Assembly (NCBI GenBank): GCA_018814875.1
Contig: JAHIYH010000041.1
Location: forward strand, 13,958-77,957
Direction: 5' to 3'
Length of the DNA stretch: 64,000 nt
DNA from: Patescibacteria group bacterium
GTDB taxonomy: Bacteria; Patescibacteriota; Gracilibacteria; Peribacterales; Peribacteraceae
Part shown: one piece after another, positions 60,143 through 64,000 of the stretch
Layout of the letters: every line of letters starts with the position of its first letter
Numbering within the stretch: position 1 is the first letter of the stretch
Notes under the pieces: model-generated
The model's input: the letters and a program-made list of their open reading frames with translations, nothing else
Told to the model about the DNA's origin: nothing
Databases searched by the model: none
Translations under genes and position numbers: made by a program

Positions 60143-60772
60143 ATGATTTCTCCCGACCGCATCCTCTACGAAGATGATCACCTCCTTGCTGTGAACAAAC
60201 GCAGTGGGGAATTAGTGGTAAAAGGAAAGGGGAAAGTGGAAAAGTTACCGCTATTTGATTTTCTTAAGAAGGATTATCCGGGGCTGCGAGTGATGCACCG
60301 TTTAGATTTTGAGACGTCTGGGGTTGTTGTATTTGCGAAAGATAGGGCTGGGGCTGGGGCTAGGGCTGGGATGCAGAAGAAGTTGTATAGGGCTTTGGTT
60401 GTTGGAAGAGTTGCTCAAAGAAGTGGAGTGATAGATAAGAAGCTTGCAGCAAGAGGGCAGGGGAATGTAGAAGCTTCTACAAAATATAAGGTTCTTAAAT
60501 GTTGGAAAGATTTGAGCTACATAGAAGCCGAGATTGAGACTGGTCGGCATCATCAAATAAGAAAGCACTTTGCGAATATTGGGCATCCTTTAGTTTTGGA
60601 TAGTGTTTATGGTGACGAAAAGTTCAATAGGAAGTTTGGACGGGAGTTTAAAATGAGTAAGTTTTTCCTGCACGCATTTTCGGTTGAGCTGAAACATCCG
60701 ATTACGGGAAAGAATTTGAGAATCGAAGCTCCTATGCCGATGGCGTTTGAGTCTGTTCTTGCAAAGTTATAA
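60143..60772 (+). CDS. RluA family pseudouridine synthase
   Basis: HRLDFETSG, ETGRHHQIR, FLHA. Confidence 0.94.
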   Translation: MISPDRILYEDDHLLAVNKRSGELVVKGKGKVEKLPLFDFLKKDYPGLRVMHRLDFETSGVVVFAKDRAGAGARAGMQKKLYRALVVGRVAQRSGVIDKKLAARGQGNVEASTKYKVLKCWKDLSYIEAEIETGRHHQIRKHFANIGHPLVLDSVYGDEKFNRKFGREFKMSKFFLHAFSVELKHPITGKNLRIEAPMPMAFESVLAKL

Positions 60773-60945
60773 AAAAAGCCCCCGATGCGGGGCTACACTG
60801 CTTCGTCTTGTTTGGGCTGACGAAGCTGCCCACCCATTAGGGCTCTTCCCCGCAAACATTGGGGGTTGATATGAAGGACACTCTTCTTGCGCGAGAGCGC
60901 AGTCCGCATCGGGGTTCCCATTGCTAATCAAGTAGCAACAGGAGT
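60771..60945 (-). ncRNA. Candidate small structured RNA, unit 1
   Basis: TTGACT-16-TACAAT promoter, 11-bp closing stem, terminator with U-run. Confidence 0.6.
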
Positions 60946-61015
60946 GAGCGATTGTAGGTCGTTAAGAGCTACAGTCAAGAACTTTTCAAATTAATCTAGA
61001 AGCTAGCAGCTAATT

Positions 61016-61174
61016 AAAAAAGCCCCGAGGTGAAGGGCTTTATCATGCTTACATTAGCACCGTCGTTCCAAGCCTGAAAGGCTACCACAGGAGAGACGTC
61101 CAATTTGATTGGAAATAAAATCCTTTCACGATCACCTCGGGGTCCCCGATCGTACATAAAGAGACGATCAGAGT
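61016..61174 (-). ncRNA. Candidate small structured RNA, unit 2 (structural paralog of unit 1)
   Basis: TTGACT-16-TAGAAT promoter, covarying 11-bp closing stem, terminator. Confidence 0.6.
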
Positions 61175-61262
61175 GAGCAATTCTAAGCTTCGCTTTAAAG
61201 GAGTCAATAACTTTTCAAACTAAGCTAGAAGCTAGCAGCTAAAAGCTATAAGCTAGTCCCGC

Positions 61263-62222
61263 ATGAGAGTCCTCTCTGGAATCCAACCCTCCGGCCAACT
61301 ACATCTAGGCAACTACTTTGGGTCTATCAAACCAAATCTTGATCATGTTGCAAAAGCAGATCAGAGCTTCTTCTTTATTGCAGATTTGCATGCTCTTACA
61401 ACTGTGCAGGATGCCGTGGCCCTCAAGCAAGCGCGGGAGGATATTATTTTGGATTACCTTGCATGCGGGTTTGATCCCGAGAAGGCGATCATCTTTGAGC
61501 AATCACAAATTCCTGAACATACGGAGTTGATGTGGATTCTTTCTACGGTTACTCCAATGGGGCTTTTGGAGCGGGCGGTGAGTTATAAGGATAAAGTACA
61601 AAATGGCATTCCGGCTTCTGCGGGGCTTCTCATTTATCCTGTTTTGATGGCTGCGGATATTCTCCTTTATGATGCGACACACGTTCCTGTTGGGAAAGAT
61701 CAGAAGCAGCATGTGGAGATGGCGCGGGATATTGCGCAGAAATTTAATACTATCTACAAGAAGGATGTACTCACAATTCCTGAGCCTGTAATTCGTGAAG
61801 ATGTGGCTGTTGTTCCCGGAACGGATGGACGCAAGATGAGCAAGAGCTACGGTAATACCATTCCGCTATTTGGAGACGAAAAAGTGATCAAGAAAGCAGT
61901 TATGGGAATGGTTACGGATTCTAAAGGTCCTAACGATCCAAAGGATCCTGAAAAGTCGACTATCTTCCATATCAATAAGCTACTTCTTTCTGACGAGAGC
62001 GCGGCGAAATTGGCAGAGGAATACAAAGCAGGAATTGCTTATGGAGATGCCAAGAAACGTTTATTGGAGGACTTGATGACATTCCTCAAACCATTACACG
62101 AGAGGCGAGCGAAGCTTACTGCTAAGGATGCACATAAGGTTCTTGAGGCAGGCAAGAAGCGTGCCGAATCGGTTGCACGTGGAACAATGGCACAGGTGCG
62201 GGTGGTGGTGGGGTTGGGGTAG
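61263..62222 (+). CDS. trpS: Tryptophan--tRNA ligase
   Basis: SGIQPSG.LHLGNY, YPVLMAADIL, VPVGKDQKQH, KMSKS. Confidence 0.97.
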   Translation: MRVLSGIQPSGQLHLGNYFGSIKPNLDHVAKADQSFFFIADLHALTTVQDAVALKQAREDIILDYLACGFDPEKAIIFEQSQIPEHTELMWILSTVTPMGLLERAVSYKDKVQNGIPASAGLLIYPVLMAADILLYDATHVPVGKDQKQHVEMARDIAQKFNTIYKKDVLTIPEPVIREDVAVVPGTDGRKMSKSYGNTIPLFGDEKVIKKAVMGMVTDSKGPNDPKDPEKSTIFHINKLLLSDESAAKLAEEYKAGIAYGDAKKRLLEDLMTFLKPLHERRAKLTAKDAHKVLEAGKKRAESVARGTMAQVRVVVGLG

Positions 62223-62425
62223 GTTGAATTACGAAAAAAGTCTGAACCACGGATTAAAGGGATTACACTGATTACACGGATTATTTACTTAGATTCGGAT
62301 GCTTCATCTGTGAAATCCGTGCAATCTGCGTAATCTGTGGTTCAGACAATTTAAAAAAACCGACCTCGCTCACTCCCGAAGGAGCAATGAGGCCGGTGTA
62401 CGTATGATGCTGATCATGATGCGAG

Positions 62426-62791
62426 TCAGAAAGATGCGAGGGCATCGGCTTCGGTTTTCCTGATGTCGAACATTTTGTCGAGACTGGCGAGCTCGAATAG
62501 CTCAGTAATCGGTTGATTCATGTCAGACAGTCGCAGATATCCACCTTTTCTGCTCATTCTTTTGCGCAGGGTGATGAGCTTGCCTAACACCCTAGAAGCC
62601 AAGAACATTACTGGTTCAAAGCTGACAACCAAGCTTATGGTATCCGGCTTAGCTGCCAGATCGAATAGCTCTTCTCCAATCTTATCAATGAGCATGTCAT
62701 TGAGGATTTTCTTGTCCACTAACGTGGCGACAGTTACGTGTCCGACAACCCTTACTTTGATTGTTCGGTATTCAGCTTCCGAACTCACCAT
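62426..62791 (-). CDS. STAS domain protein (anti-sigma factor antagonist-like)
   Basis: V.FLAS..LGKLITLRKR...GG.LRL, ELFEL..LDKMF, EADALASF; AAGGAGG SD. Confidence 0.8.
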   Translation of the reverse strand: MVSSEAEYRTIKVRVVGHVTVATLVDKKILNDMLIDKIGEELFDLAAKPDTISLVVSFEPVMFLASRVLGKLITLRKRMSRKGGYLRLSDMNQPITELFELASLDKMFDIRKTEADALASF

Positions 62792-63035
62792 GGCATTTCC
62801 TCCTTGTAAATGATCAGCACCTGAACCGGACCACCCGATTATAAATGATAATGTACGCTGATAAGGGATTGTGTCAATGGTGCAAAAGAAAATAGGAGAA
62901 ATAAAGGCAATGAAGAAATCCTCTTTTTCTTCTATTACTTATATTCCCTTTATTCCCCCAAATAAGGTGCAAATCCAGCACTTAACTAAATGCTCAATAT
63001 ATGCTATAATAATAACTGAAATACCCACAAAAACT

Positions 63036-63773
63036 ATGCCACATGCACAATCCAAACTTATAGTAACCATGCTCATGGGAATCCTAACGGCCCCATTGGC
63101 AGCGAATATTTTTCTTACTGACAGGGAAGAAGCAGGAAATCTCTCCAGTTCGATTGTTGATGTAAAGGACGCAGTGTCAATGAGAAGGGACACCGCGCGT
63201 GCCATTCAGGATAGAACACGGGATCGTTTGCAACAGCGACAATACTGGAGTGCTATGAAGGTATATCAGAATATGCTCAGAGATGGAGTAGAGGGTATGA
63301 CACCACCCGATGTAAACGATTATCAGTCGATCTTACTATATTTAGAAGGTGATAAGAATGTGGCCGCAGCAAGTGAACTTGTACATTCGGCTGCGGAGGA
63401 TGAAGATGTAATTGAAGAAGTGGTTGAGGAAGAAGTGGAGGATATTCCTACAAGTAGCCTGATGGTGGAAGACTTGGGAATGGAGCAGCGTCATTTGCTC
63501 AGGCGTTATGAACGTGCGAATAATTGTCCGGAAAGCCTCAAGAATTATTGGTTGGAGGGATTTTATGAACTGTGTCTTTCTGTTACAAAAGCTCCAACGA
63601 CCGAGCCTCGAAGAGGACTTATGAATGTGATGGAGTGGTTGCGAGGACGCAATGCAGCTCCAGCTCCTACAATGAAGCTTAGAATGCAGATGCTCGAGCA
63701 AGCCCTTGATCGCTCCAATAGAAGGGAATCGGAGGAACCGGGGAGACCTGCTCCTTATATAAAACAGGACTAG
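63036..63773 (+). CDS. Hypothetical exported protein
   Basis: N-terminal hydrophobic segment from MPHAQS; acidic linker. Confidence 0.65.
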   Translation: MPHAQSKLIVTMLMGILTAPLAANIFLTDREEAGNLSSSIVDVKDAVSMRRDTARAIQDRTRDRLQQRQYWSAMKVYQNMLRDGVEGMTPPDVNDYQSILLYLEGDKNVAAASELVHSAAEDEDVIEEVVEEEVEDIPTSSLMVEDLGMEQRHLLRRYERANNCPESLKNYWLEGFYELCLSVTKAPTTEPRRGLMNVMEWLRGRNAAPAPTMKLRMQMLEQALDRSNRRESEEPGRPAPYIKQD

Positions 63774-63882
63774 GGGCGCTCGCTAGTCCGCTAGTTCGCT
63801 TGTTAGCAGCGACGCGGCAGAGCTACTTCGTTTTGTCGAAAATATTAAATCTAAAAAACCTTTTGTTGTACAATTATATCGC

Positions 63883-64000
63883 ATGCAAAAGCTCATACTC
63901 GCCTCAGCCAGCCCCCAACGAAGCAAACTTCTAGAAAGCCTTGGTCTTCCTTTTGATGCTATACCAAGTGAGGTAGATGAAGCGTTGTGTCAGGAAGAAG
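63883..64000 (+). CDS. maf: Maf family nucleotide pyrophosphatase (partial, runs off the window)
   Basis: MQKLILASASPQRSKLL..LGLPF....SEVDE. Confidence 0.9.
   Translation, partial: MQKLILASASPQRSKLLESLGLPFDAIPSEVDEALCQEE

Noticed and set aside
59863..60177. ORFs with YLP / TLP / LTY repeats
   Set aside because: Translations of the 9-mer array; the same applies to ORFs at 8568 and 18902
60793..60921. 42-codon ORF inside RNA unit 1 (MGTPMRTALS...)
   Set aside because: No SD, and I found no similar peptide in unit 2; structure rather than coding appears conserved
60771..61260. T-box leader for trpS
   Set aside because: Promoters and U-tailed terminators are on the strand opposite trpS, and no T-box consensus was seen
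1..64000. Alternative genetic code (TGA as Gly)
   Set aside because: Conserved genes are full length in code 11 and several end at TGA at the expected position

Overview
Roughly 60 genes of bacterial chromosome in genetic code 11. Gene content and style suggest a CPR/Patescibacteria lineage, possibly Peregrinibacteria/Peribacteria (inference). Housekeeping genes include valS, lexA, rplJ-rplL, dtd, rel, tig, secF, two purP-like genes, trxA, pgi, ruvA, rsmI, gyrA, rpmE, hrcA, glyA, dnaX, dcd, nhaA, trpS and a partial maf, plus tRNA-Cys, tRNA-Ala and tRNA-Val. The unusual part is the non-coding DNA. (1) About 35 intergenic sites carry degenerate 6-9 nt tandem arrays from more than 12 unrelated motif families, mostly as inverted pairs. 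Two pairs enclose four-helix-bundle (IVP/Avd-like) genes that sit right after lexA and hrcA, one encloses an orphan cassette, and the rest are empty. (2) A REP-like hairpin family (CYTG-stem-NNAG..CGAA-stem) inserts into itself, into the arrays, in frame into a gene, and next to duplicated 5' ends of valS and tRNA-Cys. (3) Two tandem candidate small RNAs with covarying structure lie divergent from trpS. (4) A ~650 nt structured, possibly pseudoknotted, candidate ncRNA lies downstream of a VirD4-like ATPase. No CRISPR array, transposase or prophage was found. All calls were made by eye, with no database searches.
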